A stretch of DNA of 64,000 nt from Lama glama (taxonomy: Eukaryota). The translations under genes and the position numbers were made by a program. The notes below the pieces were generated by a model. The model was not told the origin of the DNA. It saw only the letters and a program-made list of their open reading frames with translations, and did no database searches. Where the stretch lies: NCBI GenBank assembly GCA_028534125.1, contig CM052816.1, forward strand, positions 57,786,001 to 57,850,000, written 5' to 3'. Below, in pieces: positions 62,987 through 64,000 of this stretch; position 1 is the stretch's first letter; each line of letters opens with the position of its first letter.

Positions 62987-63499
62987 TGTAGTAATTTCCT
63001 ATTGCTGCTGTAACAAAATTACCACAAATTTGGTGGCTTAAAACAACACAGGTTTATTACTGTTCTGTAGGTCAGAAGTCTGATACTGGTTCTTACTGTG
63101 CTAAAATCAAGGTATTAAAAGGGAAGTATTCTCTTCAGAAATCTCTAGGGGAGAATCTGTTTCCTTGCCTTTTTCGTCTTCTAGAGACCACCTGCATTCC
63201 TGGCTGATTCAGACATCTTCTAAGTGCAGAGTGGCAAGTCAGGTACTTCTTATCTCGTGCTGTTTTTCATACATCACACTAACAACCTGTCTCCCTCTTT
63301 CACTTCTTAAGGATTGTGATTACATTGAGCCCACCTGGATAACCCAGGACTGGCGCCTCATTTTAAGATCAGCTGATGTGCTGATCTTAATTCCATCTGT
63401 CACCTTAATTCCCCTTTGCTGTTCACAGGTTCTGACATTCACATGTTCTGGAGTTTGGGCCTGGACATCTTTTGGGGGTACATTATTCTGCTTGCCACA
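62987..63499 (-). mobile_element. MaLR LTR (MLT1C/D-like) in MRPS27 intron 1
   Basis: TTTCCTATTGCTGCTGTAACAAAATTACCACAAATTTGGTGGCTTAAAACAACAC ... GGACATCTTTTGGGGG...ATTCTGCTTGCCACA. Confidence 0.85.
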
Positions 63500-64000
63500 C
63501 TTGGCAACTCATTCTTATGTTTGTCATTGGTTTCTATTAGGAAAACTTTCCACTTGCCAAATTGAAATTCTTCATCCTTGTACCCATTTATACCCATTTC
63601 CTTTTGTTCTATTCTTAATGGAGATAAAAAATGATTACTGGTTACTTACTTATAAGCAAACATTAAAAAGTTCAACTATATCAAAGTTACTGCGCTTATC
63701 CTTTGTAAATTTACTAGTCCTAATTTATTTTCAGTTCATATGATCCCCTTGAACAACTGCACACAGGGCATTCTGGGACCCCTGGCTTTCCGCACTGCAT
63801 CACCACCCTTGCTTTTTGTCTCCCAATTTAAAATTCATGAACATTGTTGTAGATAACTGTCTTCTCTGGCTCTAGAATGAGGGCTGATCTCTTGTGCTAG
63901 AATGAATATACTAGGAAAGAAATAGAGAATAAGTAAGAAAATGTAATAATAACAAGTAGAGAATATGTAAGTCACTGGTGCCCTGGAGTATATAACTTAA

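Noticed and set aside
63165..63743. Longest ORF in the track (192 aa)
   Set aside because: Starts at TTG, overlaps an MLT1 LTR inside MRPS27 intron 1, and does not resemble MRPS27 exon 2.

Overview
Eutherian mammal genomic DNA, most likely a camelid (alpaca/camel), judged from four copies of a short tRNA-derived SINE resembling the camelid vic-1 family. The right half holds the complete 10-exon PTCD2 gene on the - strand. Its CDS spans 60187 to 31986, all introns are GT-AG with consistent phases, and it gives 1155 nt = 384 aa + stop. PTCD2 sits head-to-head with coding exon 1 of MRPS27 (+, 60312-60384). Only 124 bp separate the two ATGs, inside a CpG-island bidirectional promoter. The left ~31 kb has no recognisable gene and consists of old repeats (L1, L2, MIR, MLT1, ERV solo LTRs, MER DNA transposons) plus candidate regulatory motifs. 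Apart from those overlapping these exons, the supplied ORFs look spurious. I found no convincing new biological system. The most interesting points are: mirrored TISU/YY1 elements at both start codons; a shared exon-1/exon-2 junction hinting at an ancient inverted duplication of the two PPR genes; an intronic hairpin/CTCF/CCAAT-TATA patch; and a three-level nested retroelement with a twin-priming inversion. Gene and repeat names come from recall of known sequences, not from a database search.
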